A stretch of 64,000 nucleotides of DNA from Eledone cirrhosa (lineage: Eukaryota): positions 32,116,001-32,180,000 of the forward strand of contig OZ024752.1 of assembly GCA_964016885.1 (NCBI GenBank), read 5' to 3'. Position 1 is the first letter of the stretch. Every line of letters starts with the position of its first letter. Of the stretch, positions 1 to 11,168 are shown in pieces. A program made the translations under genes and the position numbers. The notes below the pieces were generated by a model. The model was not told where the DNA came from, did not search any database, and worked only from the letters and a program-made list of their open reading frames with translations.

Positions 1-364
1 ATGTAGGAGAACCCCTACCGATGCGCTGAACGAGTGTGACTTTTTAGTCCAGCCAGCGACTTGAAAACTCTGGTACAAACACTACACTTGTGACAATTAT
101 TGACACATAGCGCTGGGCCCATGGTACCATGTGATGACAAGTGCAGAGAGATCTCCAGATATAAAGCAATGCCTGTGCCGTGAAGCTTTTATAGGGAGCA
201 AAGGCACTGCACAAAGCCAGTCCCACTCTCTTAACCAAGATGATATTTACCAAAAAGAAGAACAAGTCAACACCATTGGATACCATCAGGGTTGCAGGTG
301 TTATATCAGAGTTTTCCTTCCCCTAGAATTCTGCCTTGACAAAGGTTAAGGGGTCATCTCTCCC
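1..364 (-). mobile_element. 5' end (5' UTR-like) of a probable RTE-type LINE running off the left edge of the window
   Basis: The reverse complement of 167-364 (gggag..gacccc.ta.cctttgtca.ggca...gagagtggga.tggct.tgtgca...gcacaggcattgc) is clearly homologous to the 5' part of the short elements at 60880-61186 and 62234-62540, which end in the RTE 3' terminus. Here the sequence continues differently. Confidence 0.5.
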
Positions 365-612
365 GTACATACATATATGTATACAGACGTACAGTAGTAT
401 GTATATATATATATACATACATGCACACACATATATATATATGTACGTATGGATTCACCGAACATTTATATATGTGTGCATGTATGTATATATATATATA
501 CATACTACTGTACGTCTGTATACATATATGTATGTACGTGTACATACTTATATTTAAGTAACAGCCGTACTAAGAGTGGGAAATGAAATTTCGTTTCATT
601 TTTTCCGTTTAT
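364..612. repeat. Fold-back fragment of the PLE terminal-repeat family also seen at 28890-29250
   Basis: 364-436 and 468-538 are inverted copies. 364-468 matches 28963-29063 directly, and 468-612 matches 28890-29035 inverted. Confidence 0.7.
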
Positions 613-1240
613 TTTTTTTAAGTTCAGTGTATTTAAGTTTATAATCCGAATATGTTAACTAATTTTATTCTCGTTTAACATTTTTTCCATTGGATGCGTA
701 ATAACGCTTTTGTTGCTATGCTTTCTGAAGCTTAAGTAACATTTATTTTATCAACCCCTCGTTGATTTCCTGCGCAGTCTTGTGTCGTCGTCTTGTGCCG
801 CCCATAATATTTTCATAATGTGAGCCCTATGTGGCAAATAAAGAAATAATTTTCTCAAACTCTGAAGGATGAAAAATAAACTCGATCCTTGCTGTATTTC
901 AACACAACGTAAAGTGCTGTAAATAAATACTGCAAGGAAATTCTATACAGTAGGTTCTTTATCGATATTTTTCTTACGTGATTTTTTTTTTCATTCTGTT
1001 CTGCCATCATAACATTCAGTTACAACACAAGGAAATCGTAGTTCTATTATTACTACGGTAGGTGGCAGTGTAATCGTTTGGCGGTATCTATCTTCAATGT
1101 AGAAGATAACATGTTATTGTGACATTAATACACGATTTTTTACTTAAAGAAATATCATTTACGTGAAGAATATTTTATGTTCCTGGTCTTTATATCTCAA
1201 GATCTTCTTGTTTATGTGACTATTATATACACACGTATGT

Positions 1241-4200
1241 ATGTATGTATGTATGTATGTATGTATGTATGTATGTATGTATGTGACTGTACTGGTGAAT
1301 AAATTAGAAGAATTCCCAGTGGGGATTAGTGAGCGTCTTATGTCCATGAGAGTTCCGCTGGACAAGGGAAGATATGCTACCCTGGTGAGTGTGTATGCTC
1401 CAACTATGAATTCTGTCGATGAAGAAAAACTGTCCTTTTACCATGCCTTGAAAGGTGTTTTAAGAAATATCCCTCAGGCAGACAAAGTCATCGTGCTTGG
1501 TGACTTTAATGCTAGAGTGGGTAGGGATTTTAACACATGGAATGTAATCGGAAGGCATGGGGTGGGAAAGTGTAACAGCAATGGTATGCTCTTGCTGCAG
1601 ATGTGTGAGGAGCTGGATCTGTGTGTTACCAACACCATGTTCCAACAAAAGAACAAATTCAAGACCACATGGATGCATCCTGCATCTAAGGAATGGCATC
1701 TTTTGGACTACGTCCTAGTCAGGATGCGTGACAGACAGGATGTGCGGTGTGTTCGTGTTCTTCGTGGAGCTGAGTGCTGGACGGACCACCGCCTGGTACG
1801 CGCAAAAGTGAATCTAATCACCAAACGTAAAATCCGGGCTCCTGGTGTTACCCTGCCCAAAAGATTGAATGCTGCTCGTCTTAAGGATAAAAATGTGAAG
1901 AGGACATTGGAAGAAGAGATGCAGGCTGCAGATCTTGGTGAGGATTGGCCGACCCTTAAAAAGTCGGTTTATGATGTAGGCAGACGTGTTCTGGGATTGG
2001 TGCAGAGAAAACATCAGGACTGGTTTAATGAGAAAGATGTGCATATAGATGACTTGTTGGCTGATAAGAGGCGCGCTCTGTCACGCTACTTGACGGCAAA
2101 GCCACAGGAGAGGAATACGTTGCATGAGGAGCTCAGGGATGTAAAATCACGTGTTAGGCGGAGTCTTTCTCAGATGAAGGATCAGTGGTGGAGTGAGAAG
2201 GCTGGTGAGATACAAACTGCGTCTGATTGCAATAACACAAAGCTGTTGTACAGTCTCTTGCGTGAGGTTTATGGACCGTCTTCTTCTCTGGTGACACCGA
2301 TTCGCAGCAAGGATGGCAAAGAACTTCTTCGTGACTCACAGGGAATTCTACGAAGGTGGCGAGAGCACTTTGATGATCTTTTGAATCAGCCGTCTGTCGT
2401 CAGTGAAGATTTCCTCAATCTCATTCCGGAAAGTCCTGTGAAAGTAGCTCTCGCAGAACCTCCGACACTTGTGGAGGTTGCAGTGGCTATTTCGAAGCTG
2501 AACAGTGGAAGATCTCCAGGTATGGATGGCATACATGCTGAGCTCCTACAATATGGTGGTGAGAGACTCCTGCAACATCTTCACTCTCTGTTTGGAGGGA
2601 TATGGGCTAATGAATCCGTGCCTGAGGACTGGAGAGATGCAGTAATGGTGGTCTTGTACAAGGGAAAGGGTAACAGGAATGATTGTGGGAACTACAGAGG
2701 TATATCATTGCTTTCTGTCGTGGGGAAAGTTTTATGTAGGGTGCTTCTGGACCGTCTGCTGACACACATTGCAGATTGTGTCCTTCCTGAAAGCCAATCT
2801 GGTTTTCGTGTTGGACGCGGCACTACTGATATGATCTTCTCAGCTAGACAGCTCCAGGAGAAGTGCATTGAACAGGGCTTGGATCTGTATCAGGTTTTTG
2901 TCGATCTGACAAAGGCTTTCGATACTGTCAACAGAGATGCATTATGGAAGGTTCTCCAGAAACTTGGTTGCCCTGATAAGTTCCTTGCTTTAGTTAGGTC
3001 TTTCCATGACGACATGAAGGCTTGGGTTAATGTCGGAGGTAACATGTCGGAGCCTATCTCAGTAAAAAATGGAGTGAAACAGGGGGATATTCCAGCACCG
3101 ACCCTGTTTGCCATATACTTTGCAATGGTTTTCTGTATTGCATTCAGGAATTGCGAGCATGGTGTTTACATCCGATATCGAACCTCAGGCAGCATATTTA
3201 ACATCAGGCGCTTTGCTGCGAAGACAAAAGTATTTACATCAGTCATAAGAGACCTCTTGTATGCAGATGATTGCGATCTTGTAGCGCACACAGAGAGTGA
3301 TATGCAGCACATTTTGAATGTATTTTCTGACGCTTGCACTGCCCTGGGTTTGACTGTCAGTCTCAAGAAAACCGTCGTCATGTACCAACCTGCACCTGGT
3401 AGGCAGTACACTGAACCAAACATCTATGTGTATGGCAAACGACTTGGAGTGGTTGATCAGTTTGTCTACCTGGGAAGCACTGTCAATCGATACGGCAACC
3501 TTGACAGTGAAATCTCACTTAGGATTAGGAAAGCAAGTGATGCTTTCGGAAAGCTAGAAAGGCGACTCTGGGGTCGGCGAGACATATGCAGGAGGACAAA
3601 GGTAAAGGTGTACAGGGCATGTGTACTCTCTTGTCTTCTTTATGCCTGCGAGACCTGGGTCACATATCGACGCCACCTTAAGCAATTGGAGCGTTTCCAT
3701 CAGATGTGTCTCAGACGGATACATGGCGTTCACTGGAGGGACCACATCAGTGATGTCGAGATTTTGGAAAGCTCTATGTGTGACAGTATAGAAGCTCTTG
3801 TGCTTAAGCAGCGACTCCGTTGGAGTGGTCACCTTGCCAGGATGAAGGATTCTAGAATACCAAAACAACTCTTCTATGGAGAGTTGGTTAAAGGAAAACG
3901 ACCGCCACATAAACCAAAAAAGAGGTATAAGGATTCCTTGAAGGCCTCTCTGAAAGACGCTAACATCTCTGCTGATACATGGGAAAATATTGCTGCTGAT
4001 CGTAATAAATGGAGAAAGACTGTATATGAGGGAAAAGTTGCCTTTGAGGCATCTCGAATCGCACACGAGAAAGTAAAGCGGGACGTGAGGAAGGGTATTG
4101 CTGTTGCACTTCCAGACGGCGAGGGTCCTCCTATGTTTCTGACATGCAGCGTCTGTGCGAGACTCTGCCTAAGCAAAGCTGGACTCGAAAGTCATCTTCG

Positions 4201-4441
4201 CAGTCATAAAGTAAGACCAGTGGTTGACTACCAGGCTGCTGTTGGAGATGCTACTCATCATGCTTGCCAAACATGTGGTAGAGAATGTAAATCAGCAGGA
4301 GGACTCAAGCGACATGCAAAAGTACACGAACTCCAACCACAGCCGACTATTCCCAGTAAATGTTTTGGTTGCCGACTCTGTGCAAGACATTTTAGATCAT
4401 TGGCTGGGCTAAAAAGCCACATTCGATCGCAGCACTGTTAG
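1241..4441 (+). CDS. RTE-clade non-LTR retrotransposon ORF: N-truncated APE endonuclease, reverse transcriptase and three C-terminal C2H2 zinc fingers
   Basis: APE motifs SVYAPT, LGDFNARVG, TWMHP, LDYVL, TDHRL. RT motifs NYRGISLLS, QSGFR, FVDLTKAFDTV, GVKQG, LYADD, FVYLGS. RTE-type LRWSGHLARM. Fingers CSVC..HLRSH, CQTC..HAKVH, CRLC..HIRSQH. The ATG and first ~14 codons come from the (GTAT)n microsatellite; true LINE sequence starts ~1284. Confidence 0.95.
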   Translation: MYVCMYVCMYVCMYVTVLVNKLEEFPVGISERLMSMRVPLDKGRYATLVSVYAPTMNSVDEEKLSFYHALKGVLRNIPQADKVIVLGDFNARVGRDFNTWNVIGRHGVGKCNSNGMLLLQMCEELDLCVTNTMFQQKNKFKTTWMHPASKEWHLLDYVLVRMRDRQDVRCVRVLRGAECWTDHRLVRAKVNLITKRKIRAPGVTLPKRLNAARLKDKNVKRTLEEEMQAADLGEDWPTLKKSVYDVGRRVLGLVQRKHQDWFNEKDVHIDDLLADKRRALSRYLTAKPQERNTLHEELRDVKSRVRRSLSQMKDQWWSEKAGEIQTASDCNNTKLLYSLLREVYGPSSSLVTPIRSKDGKELLRDSQGILRRWREHFDDLLNQPSVVSEDFLNLIPESPVKVALAEPPTLVEVAVAISKLNSGRSPGMDGIHAELLQYGGERLLQHLHSLFGGIWANESVPEDWRDAVMVVLYKGKGNRNDCGNYRGISLLSVVGKVLCRVLLDRLLTHIADCVLPESQSGFRVGRGTTDMIFSARQLQEKCIEQGLDLYQVFVDLTKAFDTVNRDALWKVLQKLGCPDKFLALVRSFHDDMKAWVNVGGNMSEPISVKNGVKQGDIPAPTLFAIYFAMVFCIAFRNCEHGVYIRYRTSGSIFNIRRFAAKTKVFTSVIRDLLYADDCDLVAHTESDMQHILNVFSDACTALGLTVSLKKTVVMYQPAPGRQYTEPNIYVYGKRLGVVDQFVYLGSTVNRYGNLDSEISLRIRKASDAFGKLERRLWGRRDICRRTKVKVYRACVLSCLLYACETWVTYRRHLKQLERFHQMCLRRIHGVHWRDHISDVEILESSMCDSIEALVLKQRLRWSGHLARMKDSRIPKQLFYGELVKGKRPPHKPKKRYKDSLKASLKDANISADTWENIAADRNKWRKTVYEGKVAFEASRIAHEKVKRDVRKGIAVALPDGEGPPMFLTCSVCARLCLSKAGLESHLRSHKVRPVVDYQAAVGDATHHACQTCGRECKSAGGLKRHAKVHELQPQPTIPSKCFGCRLCARHFRSLAGLKSHIRSQHC

Positions 4442-4449
4442 TTGCTATC

Positions 4450-4487
<38 letters not shown>

Positions 4488-4716
4488 GCTTATGTGCGTG
4501 CGTGTGTGTGTATATATATATGAATATGTATATTATTATTGTTGTTGTCGTTATTATTATTATTGCTATTATTATTATTATTATTATTATTATTGTTATT
4601 AATGTATGTGTGTATATATGTGTGAGTGTATGTGTATGTATGTGTGTGTGTATATATGTATGTATGTGTATGTATGTGTGTGTGTATATATACGTGTGTG
4701 TATATATATGTGTATA

Positions 4717-4747
<31 letters not shown>

Positions 4748-4768
4748 CTTTTCCCTTTTTTTTTTTTT

Positions 4769-4831
<63 letters not shown>

Positions 4832-4921
4832 TTTTTTTTTTTTTTTTTTATTTATTTATTTATTTATTTATTTTTTTTTTATTGTGCAATGGCCATACTC
4901 GATAACGAGGGGGCAGCCATC
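1284..4921 (+). mobile_element. 5'-truncated RTE LINE flanked on both sides by (GTAT)n
   Basis: Uninterrupted ORF, microsatellite-rich 3' UTR and terminal stem-loop ctcg-ataa-cgag within TGCAATGGCCATACTCGATAACGAGGGGGCAGCCATC (4885-4921). (GTAT)n lies at 1235-1283 and from 4923. Confidence 0.88.
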
Positions 4922-5150
4922 ATGTATGTATGTATGTATGTATGTATGTATGTATGTATGTATGTATGTATGTATGAATGTATGTATGTATGTATGTATG
5001 TATGTGCGTGTATGTATGTGTATATATATATATATGCATATATATATGTGTGTGTGCATGCGTATGTGTGTGCGCGTGTATATGTATGTGCGTGTGGATG
5101 TGTGCATATAAGTATATATATGTGTGTGTATGTGTGCGTGTGTATTTATG

Positions 5151-5227
<77 letters not shown>

Positions 5228-5585
5228 TGTATCTTTATGTTATATATATGTGTGTGTGTGTGTATGTGTGTCTGTGTACGTGTATCTTTATGTTATATAT
5301 ATATATGTGTGTATGTGTGTCTGTGTATGTGTACGTGTATCTTTATGTTATATATATATATGTGTGTGTGTATGTGTGTCTGTGTATGTGTACGTGTATC
5401 TTTATGTTATATATATGTGTGTGTTTGTGTGTGTGTACGTGTGTCTTTATGTTATATATATATATATGTGTGTGAATGTATATGTGTGTGTATGTATATG
5501 TGTATGTATGTGTATATATATTTATATATATATGTGTGTGTGTGTGCGTGTGTGTATATGTGTGTCTGTATGTGTATATGTATGG
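4450..5585. repeat. Compound microsatellite (TG)n/(TA)n/(TAT)n/(GTAT)n
   Basis: Directly visible simple repeats. Confidence 0.95.
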
Positions 5586-5904
5586 TATTTCTTTATTTAT
5601 AAATTTGCTGTCAATGTAAATATATGGATTTTTCTTTCTGTTTTCTTTCAAGTGTTTCGTAAATTCAAAAACTAAATCAAAATAACATTAAATTACTCGT
5701 TTGTTGTTTTAAAGAATTTCAAATTATTTTATTTCATCTTCTGTCTTTTATTACACTTATTTATTTCTTTTTGTTTCTTTTGTTTGGCGTTTATATATTT
5801 CTTTGATTTTATCTGTCTCCAGTTTCTACCTGACCAGACTGGAGCAATTGCTCAAATCTGTTTGAATGAAAACTGGGATAAGGCACAAAAAGTTTAATGT
5901 TTTT

Positions 5905-6375
5905 CTTGAGCCTGGAGGCTCAGCAGGCCGGTGTTTATTTCGGTATCGCGGTTTCCGTGGCATGAAGTGTCTGAGAGTACAAGACGCCCCCTCTTCCTGG
6001 ACAGGACGCCAGTCCATCTCTGGGTTAAAGTCTGTCTCGAGCTCTGAGTCTCATCAGGCCGATACTTAAACTGGTTTCTGTGGACAGAACATCAGTCAAT
6101 CGCAGGGCTAGAATCTCTCTCGAGCCCGAAGGTTCATCAGGTGCCAGTGCTTATCCCGGTTTCTGTGGCCTTAAATGACTGAGAGTACAAGAGTCGCCCT
6201 GGACAGGACGCCAGTCCATCGCAGGTTAAAACCCCAACTATTACTGGTACTCATTTTCAGTTGAGTATACTGGAGCAATGAAAAATGAAGTGTTTTGCTC
6301 AAGAACACAACACACAACCCAGTCCATGAACCAAACCCACATTATGATCCTAAGCCCAACACTCTTATCACTAAG
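5905..6375 (-). mobile_element. tRNA-derived SINE (CORE-like family) with internally duplicated 3' segments
   Basis: aagtgttttgctcaagaacacaac is the reverse complement of the CORE-like gttgtg.ycttgagcaa.acactt. ctggacaggacgccagtccatc is present twice. Homologous to 47650-47935. Confidence 0.65.
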
Positions 6376-6639
6376 GGTCGGTTCGACAAAAAATAAACAC
6401 CAGTCTTCCTTCCACTATCGATTAATTAAAATAACGTGGAAGTATTGGTATCGATTTGTATCAATTCCTTCAAAATATTTGGTTGTGTACCAATGTTAGA
6501 ATGAATTATAATTAAATACCATGATATGAAAATGACTTGGAGTGATGAGTGTGGAAATATTTCTTAAAATTGTAGGATTCTGAAACACTGATATAGCTGT
6601 AAAACAGCCAGCTTCTACGATGTTGTGAAGAGTCAGGTT

Positions 6640-6849
6640 AAACACAGCCAAACTCTCCAAGTACCGGTCGCTCTCCCTTGGCAGTGGAGACTTCTGGTGT
6701 CCTTGGCCTCAGGGCTACCTTCATACTCACCACCATAGGCGCTGAGCTGGCCAGCCGCTGGTGTGAGCCTCGCGAGTTGGAATGGCTCTTCCAGCGCATC
6801 TCGGGGAAACGCCTTCTGTCTCCATTCTGTCCGCCAGGGCTGTGCGTGT

Positions 6850-6880
<31 letters not shown>

Positions 6881-7320
6881 GGGTTGCAGCACGTGGGACT
6901 CCATTTGCTCACCATACAGAGAGATGGAGGCGATGTCAGTGGGAGTTCGGCTCTTCCACATTCGGATCATATCCTTGTGGTTGTGTTCATTACCCTACCC
7001 TAGTGCATTACTGGTGCTTTATTTTGTTTACTGCGACCTCTTATGAACGGAAGAATGGTCAGAGAAGAAGGAGGGGAAAAAGGAGGGAGAGAGATGGAGG
7101 CGATGTCAGTGGGAGTTCGGCTCTTCCACATTCGGATCGTATCCTTGTGGTTGTGTTCATTACCCTACCCGAGTGCATTACTGGTGCTTTATTTATTTTG
7201 TTTACTGCGACCTCTTATGAACGGAAGAATGGTCAGAGAAGAAGGAGGGGAAAAAGGAGGGGGGAAAAGGAGGGGGAAAAGGAGGGAGAGAGAAAGGAAC
7301 AGAGCGTATAGCATATGATG
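6640..7320 (+). mobile_element. 3' fragment of a CRE-like (restriction-like endonuclease) non-LTR retrotransposon
   Basis: The translation LAVETSGVLGLRATFILTTIGAELASRWCEPRELEWLFQRIS, followed in another frame by RGNA, matches the C-terminal PxAVETxG...EPRE..L.QR.S...RGN signature of CRE-type REL domains. It is followed by a ~173-bp tandem duplication (6918-7090 / 7091-7265). Confidence 0.65.
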
Positions 7321-7678
7321 AGAAATGGGAGAGATATACACTTAATAAATCGATATTATCCCATACATTTCACGAACCGTACGCTGGCGACCCTTTCTAG
7401 AGAATAAGGGAAATAATTTTGAATGAGCTTATTAACGTAAACGAAATATCAGTGGTACATGAGGGAAAGCAATTAAAATAAGATGCGGAAGTTAGCCATA
7501 CAAATCATAAAACGCTGTGGATTTTAGCGTTCCATTCATAGATGTATTGTAGTGACATTTTACCGTTAGGGGGTTTGAATTAAAAAAATAACAAAAAATG
7601 ACATCAGAGGTAAATTAAAGAATCTTCAGAGTTCTATTGATGATCCTTATTGAACATTGATCGGTATTAAAGTAGAAA

Positions 7679-7874
7679 TCATCGTCATCGTCATCATCAT
7701 CATCGTCGTCATCATCATCGGCATCATCATCGGCATCGTCGTCGTCATCATCACCATCATCGGCATCATCGGCATCATCGGCATCATCATCATCATCGTC
7801 GGCATCTTCATCATCATCATCGGCATCATCGTCACCATCGGCATCATCATCATCGTCGTCGTCGTCGTCGTCGG

Positions 7875-7905
<31 letters not shown>

Positions 7906-8612
7906 GTCGGCATCATCGTCATCGGCATCATCATCATCATCGTCATCATCTTCATCATCATCATCGTCATCGTCATCATCTTCATCATCACCGCCGTCAT
8001 CATCATCATCATCGGCATCATCATCAGCATCATATTATTTGTGTTGTTGTTGTTGTTGTTGTGGTCTCTCCTCGTCAACCATAACCACCATCATTATCAC
8101 CAGTATCATTATCTCCAGCATCAACATCATCACCACTATCACCATCATCACCACTACCACCATCACCACCACCATCATCATCACCAACATCACCACCACC
8201 ATCACCACTACCATCATCACCATCACCACCACCATCACCACCATCACCACCATCACTATCACCACCATCACCACCATCACCATCAACCACCATCGCCATC
8301 AACCACCATCACCACCATCACCACCATCACTATCACCACCATCACCATCACCACCATCACCACATCATCAACCACCATCGCCATCACCACTACCACCACC
8401 ATCGCCATCACCACTACCACCACCATCACCATCATCACCACTACCACCACTATCACCATCACCATCATCACCACCATCACTACTACCACCACTACCACCA
8501 TCACCACCATCACCATCATCACCATCACTACTACCACCACCATCACCATCATCATCACCACCATCACTACTACCACCATCACCATCACCACCACCATCAC
8601 CATCACCATCAT
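7679..8612. repeat. (CAT)n/(CAC)n degenerate trinucleotide array
   Basis: Directly visible; it produces the poly-I/H/T ORFs. Confidence 0.95.
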
Positions 8613-8754
8613 CTTTATTTATTATTTTCTTCCTCAATTGGATGATTTATCCAGATTGACGAAATCAAAGGAACTCTAATTACGGTGTATTAATCTATAA
8701 CATACACAAATTACTGGTGGAGACACAATTTAGAGGAAACAAAACAACAACAAT

Positions 8755-9250
8755 CAATAAAATAAAATTGAAATAAAATGAAATTGAAATAAAATAAAAT
8801 AAAATAAAATAAAATCGAAATAAAATGAAATTGAAATAAAGTAAAATAAAATAAAATAAAATTGAAATAAATTGAAATAAAATAAAATAAAATAAAATAA
8901 AATTGAAACAAAATAAAATAAAATAAAATAAAATGAAATAAAACAAAATTGAAATAAAATAAAATAATATAAAATTGAAGCAAAATAAAATAAAATAAAA
9001 TTGAAACAAAATAAAATAAAATAAAATAAAATGAAATAAAACAAAATTGAAATAAAATAAAATTAAATTAAATTAAAGCAAAATAAAATAAAATAATTTG
9101 AAATAAAATAAAATAAAATAAAATAAAATAAAATGAAATAAAACAAAATTGGAATAAAATAAAATAAAATTGAAATAAAATAAAATAAACTAAAATAAAA
9201 TAAAATAAAATAAAATAAAATGAAATAAAATAAACTAAAATAAAATTGAA
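8755..9250. repeat. (AAAAT)n pentanucleotide array with AATTG/AATG variants
   Basis: Directly visible. Confidence 0.95.
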
Positions 9251-9754
9251 TAAAAAAAGATTATGAGAAAGAGAAAAAGAGGTGGAGAGAGAAGTGGAGA
9301 CAACAAAGAAATCCATCGTACATCAGAATTGAAGAAAAGAATGGGAAAAAAAAAAAAATAGTAAATAAAATAGTAAATAAATTAGTAAAAAAAAAAAAAA
9401 AAAATAGTAAATAAATTTGTAAATAAATATAGAAACAAACCAATAATTAAAGAAATAAATAAACTGCATTTCAAATAGGTAGCAAATAATACTACTTTGT
9501 GTCAAAAGCTACTTAAATGCTTAAAATTCCAGCGCAAATGGTACTAAATCCACAGCAAAAAACACCGTACTTGAACTAAGACGTAATGTTTTAATTATGC
9601 AAACGAGGCAAAATTTTCGTTGTGTTTGTTGTGTCCGTTTCGTTTTGTTTTGTTTTTTCGTTTTGTTGTTTTGTTTTTGTTTGTTTGCCTGTTTTTTTTT
9701 TGTTTTTTGTTGTTGTTGTTTTGCGATAGTTTAAGCTGTTGTTGTTTTTGTAAC

Positions 9755-10126
9755 TAAGAAGGTCGGCTGATGAGTTCATACGTTGAAAAGTTCATTGTCT
9801 GACCAAGTAACTCTCATGGAATGACCAAATGAGGTTTATTTTTGTCAACATAGCCCCTGGAAAGAAACAATGCTGTTATTATTTAAAAAGGAGAGTTGAA
9901 ATTAAGGCATGCAAGATTTCACAGCTCTAGCATCAATACTTGATAGTCTGACCAAGATACTCTCATGGAATGACCAAATAAGGCTTATTTATAAAACATA
10001 GTCCCTGGAATGAAACAATGCAGTTATTAATTAATAAGAAGAGTTGAAATTAATGCATGCAAGATTTCACAGGGTTAGCATCACTCCTCCATAGCCAGCC
10101 TATGGAATTTTCAACCGACCCTCGTA
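9755..10126. mobile_element. Non-autonomous Tc1/mariner-like element (MITE) with internal ~150-bp duplication
   Basis: The right end reads TACGAGGGTCGGTTGAAAATTCCATAGG on the minus strand (mariner-type TIR, TA target). The left end TAAGAAGGTCGGCTGATGAGTTCATA is a degenerate match. tctgaccaag..ctctcatggaatgaccaaat is repeated at ~9798 and ~9947. Confidence 0.6.
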
Positions 10127-10153
10127 TCGTTGTTATATGAAGAAAGTTCTAAG

Positions 10154-10940
10154 GACGGTGGATTGGTAGAATCGGTAGAGAGTCGGAAGACATGCTTTGC
10201 GACATAGAGGAGTTACGGCCCTTTGCGTTCTGAGTTCAAATCCTGCTTAGATTAATTTAACCTATCATCCTTTCGGGTCGATAAAATAAAGAACCAGTAA
10301 TGCACTGGGATCGATTTAATCGACTTTCTCCTTCCCCTAAAATTGCTTACCTTGTGTCTCAATCAGAAACCAACATCAATATTCGCTATTTATGCTTATT
10401 TTAATTTGAAGCTAGGCATGTGACGTCAGTTACTACCTTAAATTCATAGCGAAAGGCCTTCAAAATATTCTAAAATCAACACAGTGTATTATTGCGGTGG
10501 ATTGGCAGTATCGGTAGAGGGTCGGACGCCATGCTTTCCAGCATAGTTACGTCCTTTTACGATCTGAGTTCAAATCCCGCCGAGGTTGACTTTGCCTTTC
10601 ATCCTTACGGGGTCGATAAAATAAAGTACCAGTAATGTACTGGGATAATTGCTGGCCTTGTGCCTAAAGTAGAAACAATTATTAAATATACAATACGTAC
10701 ATTCATCTATATATGACTATTTCAGAGCACCAACACAAATTACTAAATATTATACGGTGGATTGGCAGTATTGGTAGAGGGTCGGACACCATGCTTTGAC
10801 GCAGAGAGTTACGGCCCTTGTCATTCTGAGTTCAAATCCCGCCGAGGTTAACTTTGTCTTTCATCCTTACGAGGTCGATAAAATAAAGTACCAGTAATAC
10901 ACTGGGGTAATACCTGGCCTTGTGCCAAAAGTAGAAACAT
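10154..10940 (+). mobile_element. Three copies of the dominant tRNA-derived SINE (10154-10372, 10494-10684, 10755-10940)
   Basis: Head with A-box-like TGGCAGTATCGG and B-box GAGTTCAAATCC. Central gcctttcatccttacggggtcgataaaataaagtacc (Meta-domain-like, tentative). Tail ggccttgtgcc.aaagtagaaac(aat)n. Confidence 0.9.
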
Positions 10941-11128
10941 TTATACTGTTGTAGTACGTTTTTCTTAGCTAAGGTAATAAATTTTATATTATTTTATTTA
11001 ATGTCATTATTGCTACTGATATATTCTAAATATTCAGATGTCGTTATTTAAATTTTCCTTCGTATTTTTAATTATCTCATATTTATCTTTGAAAGTTTGT
11101 GTGTGTGCTGTATAACTATATATATATA

Positions 11129-11159
<31 letters not shown>

Positions 11160-11168
<9 letters not shown>

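Noticed and set aside
9767-9800. CTGATGAG as a hammerhead core
   Set aside because: Lies in a degenerate mariner TIR; no coherent stems I and III.
10154-10260. tRNA genes at A-box/B-box motifs
   Set aside because: They are SINE heads: no full cloverleaf, and always followed by the SINE body.
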